This document shows positions 18,139 to 28,075 of a stretch of 64,000 bases of DNA, piece after piece. Where the stretch lies: positions 1-64,000 of the forward strand of contig JBCCQY010000001.1 of NCBI GenBank assembly GCA_039208735.1. Direction: 5' to 3'. The notes beneath the pieces are model-generated. The model searched no databases and was not told the DNA's origin. It saw nothing but the letters and a program-made list of their open reading frames with translations. Position 1 is the stretch's first letter; every line of letters starts with the position of its first letter. The position numbers and the translations under genes were made by a program. This DNA is from Myxococcota bacterium. Lineage in GTDB: Bacteria; Myxococcota_A; UBA796; GCA-2862545.

Positions 18139-20376
18139 TTACCCCAAGGGAAGGGTCCGAGTTCGGTCCTTCAGCACGGCGATGGCGTTGGCGACGGCCG
18201 GCGCGATGGGGGGAACCGCGACCTCTCCCGCGCCTCCTGGATCTTCGTCGCTTTGCACGATGCGGACGTGCAGCTGGGGTGAGTCCCGAACGCGAATCAT
18301 GGGGTAGTCGTGGAAGTTGCTCTGTACGACACCGCCTTGGTCAATGTCGATGCGGCCATAGCGTGCCGCCGTCAACCCGAAGATGATGCCACCTTGCATC
18401 TGCGCCTCGACGCTATCGGGATTGACCGCCACCCCGCAGTCCACCGCGGCCCAGACGTCATGGACGACCACTTCGTCGTCTTCGATCGACACCGATGCGA
18501 TCTGGGCGACGTAGCTGCCAAAGCTGTGCACCGCTGCCACGCCCATGGCGCGCCCTTGGTCGTCGACGCCCGGTCGCCAGCCGGCGAGGTCGGCGACTTC
18601 GCGGAGCGCACCGGCGAGTCGAGCGGCGTGGTGATCGGACGTGGGGCGGCTCTCCTGGTTTTCGAGCAGCCGCAGACGGTACTCGAGCGGGTCGACCCCG
18701 GCCGCCAAGGCGAGTTCATCGACGAACGACTCGAGGAAGAAGCCGTAGATCGAGGCATCCACGCTGCGCCAAGCCGCATAAGGCACGATTTGACGGGCAT
18801 CGACGTGGGCGGTGGATCGGTTCGGGATGCCGTAGAGCGGCGACAGCTCGTTGGCTACGGTTGCCTTGCCATAGCTGCGGCCCTCCCAGGCCCGAGGCGA
18901 GCCGTCGTCGCCAAGGGTCGCACGGTACCGACCAACCGCCTGGTTGCGGTACCTTCCGGCACGGGTGTCTTGTTCACGCGACCACGTCATCTTCAGGGGC
19001 GTGCGGCGCTGGTCCCAAAGGCGAACGGCCTGTTCGAGGTAGTTCATGGTGCCTGCGGTAAGGCCGCCCCCGCGTCGCCCAAAGCCGCCACCCATGGTGT
19101 GGGCATGGAAGACCACCTCGTCGATAGGCACCCCCAGGGTGTCGGCACACATGGCGCGCGCGGCAAGTGGGTTTTGGACGCCGCAAGCCACGTGGACACG
19201 GCCGTCGTCTTCCCACACCGTCGCATTCATGGGCTCGAGGGTCGCATGGGCGAGGAAGGGCACCTCGTATTGGGCCTCGATCACCTCGCCAGCGTCGAAT
19301 TCAGCCTGCACGTCGCCATGCTCGTCGGTCACTTCGAGAGGACCATGGTCGAGTGCGGCGAGCTGGTCGGCTCGTAGCGAGGCCGTGGTGGCGTGGGCCG
19401 CACCCTCGGGCGCCGTCTCGTCGGTCTGGGCGGCACGAACCGCTTGCTCGGCGCGCCATGGGTTGTCCGCCACCACCGCCACGCCCTCGGGCACCACGTA
19501 CACGCCGTCGACGCCACGGCGCGCGAGCAGGTCGGATTCGTTGGTCACCGCAGTGACCGTTCCGCCGAGCACCTTTGCGTTGCGTACCGCGGCATACGAC
19601 ATGCCGGGAACTTCCCGGTCGATGCCGTACGCTGCGCGGCCGAAAATCTTGTCGGGTAGGTCGCGCCGAGGCACCGGCTGGCCGATGTAGCGCCACTCGG
19701 AGCGCGGCTTGGGGCTTACGTCCGAGGGCAACGGCAGGGTTGCCGCTGCTTCGGCCAGTGCGCCATACGCCAGCCGTTCACCGGAGGGCGCGATGACCTC
19801 GCCGTCAGCGGTACGGAGGTCGGAGGGATCGAGGTTCCACTCGGCCGCGGCGGCTGCGATCAACTGGTGGCGGGCCACGGCCGCGCCCTGTCGCATCGAG
19901 CGCCACCCGGTGAAGCGAATCGAGGCGCTTCCGCCTGTGATCTGCAACCGGTTGAAGTCTGCGTAGTAGTGCGCGGTGTTGGTCAACAGGTGGTCAGCCG
20001 CCGCCGACAGTTCCGCACTGTCGAGGTACCGCAGCCGGGCAAAGGCTTTGACCAACGGTCCATTTCCAAACGCCGGGTCGACGGGGGCCTGGCGTACCGT
20101 CACTTGGTCGATGGGCACATCGAGTTCGTCGGCCACGATCTGCACGAGCCCTGTGTTGGCGCCTTGTCCCATTTCGGTATGCGGTGACAAGAGCACGATG
20201 CGACCATCAGGATGGACGGCCAGGAACAGGGACAGCAAGCGGCCATCGACCATGGCCTGCTGAATCGCAAGTCGGTCGTGCAGCGCGAGGGCGCCTACGG
20301 CGCCTCCCACCCCAATGAGCAGGCCTCCGCCCAAGATGCCACCGCCAATGAGGAACGTGCGTCGGTTCAACGGCAT
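18139..20376 (-). CDS. iorB: Molybdopterin-binding subunit, xanthine dehydrogenase family (isoquinoline 1-oxidoreductase beta-like), Tat signal
   Basis: LNRRTFL Tat motif; HTEMGQG, QITGGSASIR, AHATLEPMN, MGGGFGRR, WRSV, GGAGEVAVPPIAPAVANAI. Confidence 0.9.
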   Translation of the reverse strand: MPLNRRTFLIGGGILGGGLLIGVGGAVGALALHDRLAIQQAMVDGRLLSLFLAVHPDGRIVLLSPHTEMGQGANTGLVQIVADELDVPIDQVTVRQAPVDPAFGNGPLVKAFARLRYLDSAELSAAADHLLTNTAHYYADFNRLQITGGSASIRFTGWRSMRQGAAVARHQLIAAAAAEWNLDPSDLRTADGEVIAPSGERLAYGALAEAAATLPLPSDVSPKPRSEWRYIGQPVPRRDLPDKIFGRAAYGIDREVPGMSYAAVRNAKVLGGTVTAVTNESDLLARRGVDGVYVVPEGVAVVADNPWRAEQAVRAAQTDETAPEGAAHATTASLRADQLAALDHGPLEVTDEHGDVQAEFDAGEVIEAQYEVPFLAHATLEPMNATVWEDDGRVHVACGVQNPLAARAMCADTLGVPIDEVVFHAHTMGGGFGRRGGGLTAGTMNYLEQAVRLWDQRRTPLKMTWSREQDTRAGRYRNQAVGRYRATLGDDGSPRAWEGRSYGKATVANELSPLYGIPNRSTAHVDARQIVPYAAWRSVDASIYGFFLESFVDELALAAGVDPLEYRLRLLENQESRPTSDHHAARLAGALREVADLAGWRPGVDDQGRAMGVAAVHSFGSYVAQIASVSIEDDEVVVHDVWAAVDCGVAVNPDSVEAQMQGGIIFGLTAARYGRIDIDQGGVVQSNFHDYPMIRVRDSPQLHVRIVQSDEDPGGAGEVAVPPIAPAVANAIAVLKDRTRTLPLG

Positions 20377-20377
20377 C

Positions 20378-20845
20378 TCACACCTCTCGCGCGGCGGTCA
20401 GCACAGCTTCGCGAATGCGCTGGTAGCACCCACACCGGCAGACGTTGGTGAGTTCGCGCGCCACGTCGGCGTCCGTCAGTGCCTCGCGAGAACCGGATCG
20501 CTGCTCTTCCACCAAGGCCGCAGCCGCCATCTGCATGCCCGGCTGGCAGTAGCCGCATTGGGGCACCTGATGATCGAGCCACGCCTGCTGCACCACATGC
20601 GGCGCCTCTGGGGTCCCCAACCCCTCGATGGTACGGATGGCCTGGCCTTCTGCCGCCGCGACGGGAACCACACAGCTTCGGACTGCCTGTCCATTCAGAT
20701 GAATCGTGCAGGCACCGCATTGGCCAATGCCGCACCCGAACTTGGTGCCTCGCATGCCCAGCTCCTCGCGGAGCACCCACAACAAGGGCATTTCGGTTTC
20801 AACGTCGACTTCGACGTCACGCCCATTGACCGAGAATCGAACCAC
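20378..20845 (-). CDS. iorA: (2Fe-2S)-binding subunit of the same oxidoreductase
   Basis: GTKFGCGIGQCGACT; QCGYCQPG; NVCRCGCY. Confidence 0.92.
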   Translation of the reverse strand: MVRFSVNGRDVEVDVETEMPLLWVLREELGMRGTKFGCGIGQCGACTIHLNGQAVRSCVVPVAAAEGQAIRTIEGLGTPEAPHVVQQAWLDHQVPQCGYCQPGMQMAAAALVEEQRSGSREALTDADVARELTNVCRCGCYQRIREAVLTAAREV

Positions 20846-20972
20846 CCGTCACCTCTCGCCCGATAACTAAACGGTGTTCCCTTAATAGGTGACCTGTGTT
20901 TACTTGTCTACCTCCAGTGGGTGACAGAGGCCGAAGGGGCAGCTAAGCCGCATCATCGCACAGGGAGAACGG

Positions 20973-21623
20973 GTGTCCTGGGAACGCGCGCGACAACCCG
21001 AGCAAAAGGCGGAACGGCGCGAGGCGATTCTGCAGTCTGCGGCGCAACGGTTTGACGAAGGGGGGCTCGCCGCAGCCACACTGTCGGCGATTGCCGAGGG
21101 TGCAGGACTGTCGAAGGGAAATCTGTACCGCTATTTCGAGAGTCGAGACGTCATCTTGCTTGAGCTGCTCGTGCGAGAGACCGAAACCTGGGCGGACCAC
21201 ATCGAAGGCGCCTTGGGGGCGTTGGGTAAGGCGAATGAGGTGGATGCAGTGGCGCGCACAATCGGGGACAGCCTGGTTGCGAGGCCTCGCATGTGTGCGC
21301 TTTCAGCGCTTGCGGTGGCGGTTTTGGAACAGCAGGCCTCGCTTGAGACCATCGTGGCGTTTAAGCTTCGGACGAGCCAAACGCTGGGGCGTGCGTCCGC
21401 GGCGGTCGCCTTGGCGATGCCCGCGTTGACCGCTGACCAAGTGTTTCGCTTTGTGCGCTACACGAACCTGGTCCTCGGTCAGCTTTGGGTGGTGGCCCAT
21501 CCGTCGCCGGCGATTGCCGAAGCCTTGGCACGGCCCGAGTTGGCAGGGCGGCAGGCTGAGTTTGGTCCCATGTTGGAAGACTTCATGCGCCTGGCTCTGC
21601 GGGGACTTCTCGCCGAACGCTAA
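20973..21623 (+). CDS. TetR/AcrR-family regulator, divergent from iorAB
   Basis: RARQPEQKAERREAIL...ATLSAIAEGAGLSKGNLYRYFESR. Confidence 0.92.
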   Translation: MSWERARQPEQKAERREAILQSAAQRFDEGGLAAATLSAIAEGAGLSKGNLYRYFESRDVILLELLVRETETWADHIEGALGALGKANEVDAVARTIGDSLVARPRMCALSALAVAVLEQQASLETIVAFKLRTSQTLGRASAAVALAMPALTADQVFRFVRYTNLVLGQLWVVAHPSPAIAEALARPELAGRQAEFGPMLEDFMRLALRGLLAER

Positions 21624-23041
21624 GGCGCGTTGCCCATGATTTCGGTCGAGCCGCCGATGTTGTCGATGGTCATGGCCAGAGCTTCTGCGGTCGACGTAGC
21701 GAGCAGGGGATTGTCGACGATGCGCACGTCGGCCCCTACCCAGGCGAGGTTGTCGAGCCCTGAAAGGGCTACCAGGCCAGCGTTGTTGCGAATTTCGAGG
21801 GTTTGGCCGATGCTCTCGAGCCCCGGAAGTTCGACATCGGCCAACGAAGCGTTGTTGTCGATCCGTACGTCGCCCTGAACGGTCTGTACGCTCCCAAGCC
21901 CATCGAGGTCCTGAAGCGACGCGTTCCATTCCACGGTCAGCCCACCCACCGATGTTAGCGCGGACAAGCCGTTCACCTGCGTCATGGGGGTGCCATACAG
22001 GCGCATGGTGCCTCCGATGCCTTCGAGAGCGCCGAGCCCTGACAGATCGCGAACGCTGCTCCAAATGCTCAGGTCCCCTCCGATGCGGGTGAGGGAGGTG
22101 AGGCCGTTGAGGTTGCTTAGGTTTCCGTTCAACTGAATGCGGACCTCGTCGCCCACTTCACGGATCGACGACAGCGCATGGATGTCGTTCAAGGCGAGGT
22201 TCTGCTCGATCTGCAAGTTGCCTACGTAGGTGAGCGCGGGCAGCTCCCCCATCACGAACAGCTCGGTGTTTCCAAAAATCCGGAGGGTGCCTTCGACGCG
22301 CTCAAGTACGGGAAATGCGTCGAAACCGTACATCCGCGTGTTTCGGGCGAACTCGAGCGACCCCTCGATGCGGCGGAGGCGCGGAAACGCTTCAAAGGTG
22401 CGCAGGTACTCGTGCTCGATGATCACGTCGCCCCCGACGACACACAGACACCGAAGGGGATCCAAATCCTTGGGTTCGTTGTCGTCGAAGAGGGGGGAGC
22501 GCAAGATCAACGAGCCTTCGATGGCCCCGTACCCACCCGAACACCAGTCCTCTGCGATCAACCACTGGATCGAACCGGAATAGAATGCAGGAGAGTCGGG
22601 GGTGCTCTCCGCATTTCGGTCGTTGCAGTCTGACGCTACCCCGAATCCGTCCCCATCCAGGTCGTCGTCTGGGGTGGCTTCGGTGCAGTCGTCATCCACA
22701 CCATTGTAGGGAATTTCGTCGGCGTTCGGGTGACGGTACGGGTCTTCGTCGTCGCAATCGAACGGAACTCCCGCCCCGTCGCCGTCGCGGTCATTATCAC
22801 TCGTCAGCGGATTGCAATCGTCGTCGATGCCGTTGTACGGAATTTCCATGGTGCGCGGATGGATCGTCGGATCGCGGTCCGCGCAGTCATCCGGAAATAG
22901 GAACCCATCCCCGTCAAGGTCGTTGTCGGGCGTGGAAGCGTCGCAATCGTCATCAATGTAATTGTACGGTATCTCAGACTCTAGGCACCACTCGGGTTGG
23001 GTTGAGCCTGAACAGCCAACCCACATCATGATCCAGAGCAT
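21620..23041 (-). CDS. Lipoprotein with MopE-like metal-binding repeats and receptor-L-domain (leucine-rich) repeats
   Basis: WVGC lipobox; repeats DCDDEDPYRHPNADEIPYNGVDDDC; repeats LSNLNGLTSLTRIGGDLSI and LSGLDNLAWVGADVRIVDNPLL. Confidence 0.82.
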   Translation of the reverse strand: MLWIMMWVGCSGSTQPEWCLESEIPYNYIDDDCDASTPDNDLDGDGFLFPDDCADRDPTIHPRTMEIPYNGIDDDCNPLTSDNDRDGDGAGVPFDCDDEDPYRHPNADEIPYNGVDDDCTEATPDDDLDGDGFGVASDCNDRNAESTPDSPAFYSGSIQWLIAEDWCSGGYGAIEGSLILRSPLFDDNEPKDLDPLRCLCVVGGDVIIEHEYLRTFEAFPRLRRIEGSLEFARNTRMYGFDAFPVLERVEGTLRIFGNTELFVMGELPALTYVGNLQIEQNLALNDIHALSSIREVGDEVRIQLNGNLSNLNGLTSLTRIGGDLSIWSSVRDLSGLGALEGIGGTMRLYGTPMTQVNGLSALTSVGGLTVEWNASLQDLDGLGSVQTVQGDVRIDNNASLADVELPGLESIGQTLEIRNNAGLVALSGLDNLAWVGADVRIVDNPLLATSTAEALAMTIDNIGGSTEIMGNAP

Positions 23042-23119
23042 GAGACATTCTCCGCTCCCCGCCCAACGCAGCCGGTCTTAACCGCATGTCCAACGGGCAG
23101 CCGGCGCACGATCGCCTCT

Positions 23120-24544
23120 TTACGCCACGGCGTTTCGTGAACGCCGCAGGAAGGCCAAAGGAGCGACCCAGAGTCCCCATGCCCAGCCGGGCGCCGTGCT
23201 GCAGCCCGTAGATTCCGTAGTGGTCACCTCGATGGTCTCAGTCTCGACGGTGGTGCACACAAAGGTCGTCTCGTCGATCTCGTCGTCAGACAGCACCGCA
23301 TCATCGTTGTCGTCCACCCCCACATCGATGCGCTGGCCACCTGCGCCGCAGTCCGCTCCCGGGGGCACCAGGGTCACCGACACAAGCGTGGTCACCTCAC
23401 CGGTTTCCGTACACACGTAGATGGTGCTGACGATTTCATCTTCGTTGAGCGTTCCATCGGCGTTGAGGTCAAAGCCGGTGTCCCGTCGTTGTCCACCCTC
23501 GCGGCAAAGGTCTCCGGCGGGCTCCGCCGTCACGGTTTCGATGGTTTCGACCATGACTTCGTAGGCGCCGATGTCGCAGGTAAATCCCTGGGGGCGGGCC
23601 AGGCCTCGGCCATCGATCGAGACGGAGGCACCATCGATGTCGGTACATGACCCTGCCTCGAAGGCGGAGCTGTCGCGGTCGATGGGCACGACGGGAAAGC
23701 CCGACTCGTCGAGGTCCTGCACCGAGCCGGTCACGCCGACCTGGTCGCTTGCGATGGCGCCTTCGAGGGTCAATCCATCGGCCTGTTCGATGAGGTTGTA
23801 GCCTTGCGACGTCGAAATGCCCCAGACGTCGGGCCCGCTGGGAGCCGCGTTGTTGGCAAAGAGCGTATTGCGCAGGGTCGCCGTTCCCTCCGACACGTAG
23901 AACCCACCGCCTTGGCCGGTGGCGGAATTGTGGGCGAAGGTGACGTGCGACAGGGTGCTCGTAGACGTGTCGCCAAACTGCGCGAGGCCGCCGCCAACGC
24001 GGCCTGAACCCGTGGCCACATTGTTGGCGAAGGTGGTGTTCACCGCGACGAGGGTTGCGCTATTGGTGCCTCCGGCGCCGGAATTGCCGGTGGTCTGGTT
24101 GCCCACGATCGCAGCGTCCAGCAGGGTCAGACGGCCGCGATTGTCGAATCCAGCCGCGTTGAACGCTGCGCAGTCTCGGATCACGGATCGGATCAGCGTC
24201 GTGGTGCCGTCGTTCGACAGGCCTGCGCCTCGGTTCGTTCCCGAACGAAACCCACCGGCGAACGTCAGATCCTGTGCCGTGAACGTCACATCGGACCCCA
24301 CCGTGAGAATCGAAAAGTTCCCCCCGTCACTTTCGAGGGTGACTCCGCCACCATCGATGAGTACGTCCGCGGCGACGGTCAGCCCGCTCGACAGCGTCAC
24401 CACGGTCACGCCGTTGAACACGATGTCGTCTCCATCGACGGCCGATGCGAGGGCCTCTCGGAGGGTACCTGCCCCACTGTCGGCATCACTGGTGACGGTC
24501 AGGGTCGCGGCGAGCGCAGGGGTGGTCAGGAGCCAGAACAGCAT
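23120..24544 (-). CDS. Secreted beta-helix (choice-of-anchor Q-like) protein with two Cys-containing repeats and a MYXO-CTERM-like tail
   Basis: VTSDADSGAGTLREALA; GGG/N-rich repeats; SQGYNLI...DGRGLARPQGFTCDIGAYE; two (E/V)P(A/P)GxxCxxGGQR...GxDxNxD..L..DEI repeats; GCSTAPGWAWGLWVAPLAFLRRSR. Confidence 0.8.
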   Translation of the reverse strand: MLFWLLTTPALAATLTVTSDADSGAGTLREALASAVDGDDIVFNGVTVVTLSSGLTVAADVLIDGGGVTLESDGGNFSILTVGSDVTFTAQDLTFAGGFRSGTNRGAGLSNDGTTTLIRSVIRDCAAFNAAGFDNRGRLTLLDAAIVGNQTTGNSGAGGTNSATLVAVNTTFANNVATGSGRVGGGLAQFGDTSTSTLSHVTFAHNSATGQGGGFYVSEGTATLRNTLFANNAAPSGPDVWGISTSQGYNLIEQADGLTLEGAIASDQVGVTGSVQDLDESGFPVVPIDRDSSAFEAGSCTDIDGASVSIDGRGLARPQGFTCDIGAYEVMVETIETVTAEPAGDLCREGGQRRDTGFDLNADGTLNEDEIVSTIYVCTETGEVTTLVSVTLVPPGADCGAGGQRIDVGVDDNDDAVLSDDEIDETTFVCTTVETETIEVTTTESTGCSTAPGWAWGLWVAPLAFLRRSRNAVA

Positions 24545-24688
24545 GGGATCTCCACATCGAGGGTCTGCTTCCCCCAACGGCGTGCGTGGGCGAACCCTGC
24601 CAAAAAGTCATGGTGGATCTCGACCTTCCCCTTCGGTCCACCCAAATATGGGGACCCCTTCCGATCGACCATCCGGTAGAGTGCACCG

Positions 24689-27436
24689 GTGCAGCTTGGT
24701 CTCATCTTCCTGATTGCTACCGCGGGGGCTTCGCGATTCGAACGAACCCTCGGGGCGGACCACGGTCTTGACGCGGGACGGTTGGGGGATGTGGTCGAAG
24801 GAACCGAAGGCCTGCTTTGGGCATCGTCGCCGGTCGGGGTGTTCCACTTCGATGGTCGCCAATTCGAGCGAGCTGCGGCCAATGCTCCGCCCGTGCGCAC
24901 CTACCATCTCGCCCCGCGGCCCGAGGGGGGCGTTTACGCGGCGGATAGCCTGGGGCGTCTGTGGGCCATCGATCGAGGCAGTCAGCGACGTGTCGACTTG
25001 CCCGACGATCGGAAGCTTGGCGGGGCGACGCTTGGGGTCGACGGGTCGGGCGCGCTTTGGGTGCTGCGCGACCGCACGTTGTGGCGACGGGGGACGTCCG
25101 GAGCCTGGACCCGTCCCGCGGACGCGCTTTGGGAGCCCGGGGAAGCGCCGAATCGGCTGGTTCTTCCCGAGGGGCGACTTCTTGTGGTGACCAATCGGGG
25201 GGTCGTCGATCTGCACGACGAACCTCGACGGGCCTTGCTCACGCCGGGATCTCGGTCGTTCATGGCGGCCGCCAAGCACGCGGGGGCCTGGTACACGCTC
25301 GAGTGGAACGGCATCGTGCGACGCTACGGAAGTGGCGAGGTGGTGCGCGGGGAAGGTCCCGTCGGGCGAGGGATCACCCGGGTGGGCGACACGCTGTACC
25401 TCGATTGGGACCACACCATGGCCACAGTCGATGCGAACGGGGTTCTCGGGCCCGAAGTTCCGTGGACGGGCCACGCGCCCATCCAAGTGGCGGACGGGTC
25501 GGTGTGGTGGGCGGGGCCAAACGGGCTCTCCAGCTGGCCCGAGCCGCGAACCACCCTGTTTGACGAGGCGCCCGTACTTCCGGGAGGCCGATTCGTCACC
25601 GCCCGCAGATCGCACACGTGGTTCGTGTCGTGGACGGGGGCCATCCGGCTCGATGACGGCGTTCCGACAGAAGCAGATTCGCCGCCCATTGTGCGTTCAC
25701 CGGTGTGTTTGGACGGGGACGGCGTCGCCTGGGCTACCGGGCAAAGAGGCCCTCAACCGTCGGCTCCATGGGTCTTGGTGCGATGGGACCCGGCGGGACC
25801 CACCGTCGTCCGCGACCTCGCGCCGAATCCGACATCGCGGTGCATCACGACCGACGCAGGAGACGTCTGGTTGAGCGGACGCGAAGGCCCGCTGCGGGTG
25901 GGGCCCGATGCCCTGGACCGGCTGGCGGCGCCCATCGAAGCGTGGCGCATCTTCTTTGCCGAGGGGTCTCTGTGGATCAGCGACCATCGGCAGCTCTGCC
26001 ACGCGCCGCCTGTTCCCGGCGTTGATGCTTCCGTTTGGCAATGCTTTCGGATCGACGATTCCGAAGTTCGCACCATTGAGGACCTCCGTCCCAATGGCTA
26101 CGGGTCGTTGTGGATCGCCAGCGAAGGGGCTGGGTTGTTGGAATTGGCCAAGGGCCAACTCCGACGGATGCCTGATTCAGACACGGTCTTTGGCACACGA
26201 ACCCTCTATCGAGTGATTCCGTCCCCTCGAGGGGGCCATTGGGTGGTAGGGAACCATGCTTTGCATCGTGTGGAGGGTCCCCACCTGACCGTTCTCGAGA
26301 CGTTGGGCCGAAGCCATGGCCTGCCCGCGGCGGCCGCCGAGGACTTGGCCGAGCTTCCTGACGGCGACCTTTGGATCAGCACCCAGGGGACCTTGGCGCA
26401 TGTCCCGGCGGCCGTGCGCGAACTCCCGCCGCCGCCGCCGCTGCACATCCTTTCGTTGCAAGTGGACGGCGAGGAACGGTCCGGGGCGAGGGTTTCGGTG
26501 CCGAGTCCTCCCAACCTTGTGTCCATCCATGCAACGGCCTTGGCCTTTCGAGCCCCCGAAGAGGTGCGAATTCGTGTCACCGTCGATGCAGGGCGAGCTT
26601 GGGAGGTGACCGACGGTCCGTTGCAGCTCGTCGACCTGCCTCCAGGACCTCACACCGTGGCGTTGGCATCCTCGCTCGACGGAACCCATTGGTCGACGCC
26701 CGTGGTTCGCCACATCGTGGTGGTCACGCCGTGGTGGCGCCGATGGTGGGCGATCGGAGCGATGGGATGTAGCATCGTTGGGGTTGTGGCCCTGCTGGCT
26801 CGAGGTCGCGTCGCCTGGCAGCTCGCGCAGGAACGGGCCCGACTCCGGCTCGCCATGGACTTGCACGATGAGCTGGGGAGTGGGTTGGGGAGCCTCCGGT
26901 TGTTGCTGGGGCCGCTGCAGCGTCCTGATCTGGACCCCTCGCTGCGGAGCGACATGGTCGCGAGGTTGCGTTCGGTGACGGGCGATTTGCACGCGAGCCT
27001 GCAGGAGATCGTGGGGAGCCTGCGGCCCGGTGGATCGACGGTCGGGGCGTTGGCGGATCGGTTGTGGCGACGGGGGCGCAACCTTCTGCCTGGGGGCGAA
27101 CTCCACGTCACGCTGGCTCCGGCCTTCGCCGATCGGTCGATTCCGTTGACGATGTGTCGTGAGCTGGAACGCATCGGGGCTGAGGCCCTCCACAATGCGG
27201 CTCGGCACGCTAAACCGAGCCTCGTAGAGATCGGCATCGAGGACACGGGACCTGCGCTTCGGCTTTGGGTCTCGGACGATGGACCGGGCATCCAGACCGA
27301 GTCGACGCCCACGGGCTTGGGGCTTGCGTCCATTCGGGCCCGGGCCGAGCGAATGGGTGGAGAACTGACCATCACGAGCCGTCCGTTGGGGACGACCATC
27401 GAGGTGAATGTGCCGTGGAGAGGTCGATGGCGCTAA
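24689..27436 (+). CDS. Sensor histidine kinase (periplasmic beta-propeller, Y_Y_Y-like domain, TM, HisKA_3, HATPase)
   Basis: Repeated DGxxW propeller blades; TPWWRRWW before the TM helix; RLAMDLHDELGSGL; EALHNAARHA; VSDDGPG; GLGLASIRARA. Confidence 0.9.
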   Translation: MQLGLIFLIATAGASRFERTLGADHGLDAGRLGDVVEGTEGLLWASSPVGVFHFDGRQFERAAANAPPVRTYHLAPRPEGGVYAADSLGRLWAIDRGSQRRVDLPDDRKLGGATLGVDGSGALWVLRDRTLWRRGTSGAWTRPADALWEPGEAPNRLVLPEGRLLVVTNRGVVDLHDEPRRALLTPGSRSFMAAAKHAGAWYTLEWNGIVRRYGSGEVVRGEGPVGRGITRVGDTLYLDWDHTMATVDANGVLGPEVPWTGHAPIQVADGSVWWAGPNGLSSWPEPRTTLFDEAPVLPGGRFVTARRSHTWFVSWTGAIRLDDGVPTEADSPPIVRSPVCLDGDGVAWATGQRGPQPSAPWVLVRWDPAGPTVVRDLAPNPTSRCITTDAGDVWLSGREGPLRVGPDALDRLAAPIEAWRIFFAEGSLWISDHRQLCHAPPVPGVDASVWQCFRIDDSEVRTIEDLRPNGYGSLWIASEGAGLLELAKGQLRRMPDSDTVFGTRTLYRVIPSPRGGHWVVGNHALHRVEGPHLTVLETLGRSHGLPAAAAEDLAELPDGDLWISTQGTLAHVPAAVRELPPPPPLHILSLQVDGEERSGARVSVPSPPNLVSIHATALAFRAPEEVRIRVTVDAGRAWEVTDGPLQLVDLPPGPHTVALASSLDGTHWSTPVVRHIVVVTPWWRRWWAIGAMGCSIVGVVALLARGRVAWQLAQERARLRLAMDLHDELGSGLGSLRLLLGPLQRPDLDPSLRSDMVARLRSVTGDLHASLQEIVGSLRPGGSTVGALADRLWRRGRNLLPGGELHVTLAPAFADRSIPLTMCRELERIGAEALHNAARHAKPSLVEIGIEDTGPALRLWVSDDGPGIQTESTPTGLGLASIRARAERMGGELTITSRPLGTTIEVNVPWRGRWR

Positions 27437-28071
27437 CCGTGGCCCTGGTCGAAGACGATGCCCATTACCGAGGTGCGTTCCACTTGATCGTCGCCGCCAC
27501 CGATTCGCTCGTCTTGGTCAACGTGTATGCCCGCGCCGAGGACGCGTTGGCGGACTTCGAGCGAGGCCAGCGGTGGGACGTCTTGGTCATGGACCTCGAT
27601 CTGCCGGGCATCTCTGGCACCGAGGCCACGCGCCGCATCCGCGACATGGACGCGGACCAAATCGTCGTCGTGCTGACTGCATTCGACGATCCGCCGCGCA
27701 TTCTCCAGGCCATTCGCAGCGGGGCCGAGGGCTACCTGCTCAAGAATGCCGAGGGCGACGAACTGATCGACTACCTCGCCCTCGCCGCCCAGGGCGGGGC
27801 TCCGATGACGCCCGGAGTTGCCCGCTCGGTGCTCGAACTGCTGCGCCAAGCGGCCCCCCGACCGCGCAGCGAGATGCCACACTTGTCGCCTCGGGAGCGG
27901 GACGTCTTGGAGGGGCTGGTTCGCGGCTTAGCCTACAAGGAGATCGCGTGGGAGCTGCAGGTCAGCATCGAGACCATTCGGGGCTACGTGCGAACGCTGT
28001 ACCGCAAACTCCGTGTGCACAGCGCGACCGAAGCGGTGAGCAAAGCGCTCCGCCAGGGTTGGATAGACTAA
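27427..28071 (+). CDS. NarL/LuxR-family response regulator
   Basis: VALVEDD, MDLDLPGISG, GYLLK; LSPRERDVLEGLVRGLAYKEIA helix-turn-helix. Confidence 0.95.
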   Translation: MALTVALVEDDAHYRGAFHLIVAATDSLVLVNVYARAEDALADFERGQRWDVLVMDLDLPGISGTEATRRIRDMDADQIVVVLTAFDDPPRILQAIRSGAEGYLLKNAEGDELIDYLALAAQGGAPMTPGVARSVLELLRQAAPRPRSEMPHLSPRERDVLEGLVRGLAYKEIAWELQVSIETIRGYVRTLYRKLRVHSATEAVSKALRQGWID

Positions 28072-28075
28072 TCGG

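Noticed and set aside
24597..24656. NarL-type operator (CCC-AAATAT-GGG and CCA-N8-TGG) between the divergent genes
   Set aside because: Dyads are too short to distinguish from chance without comparative data.
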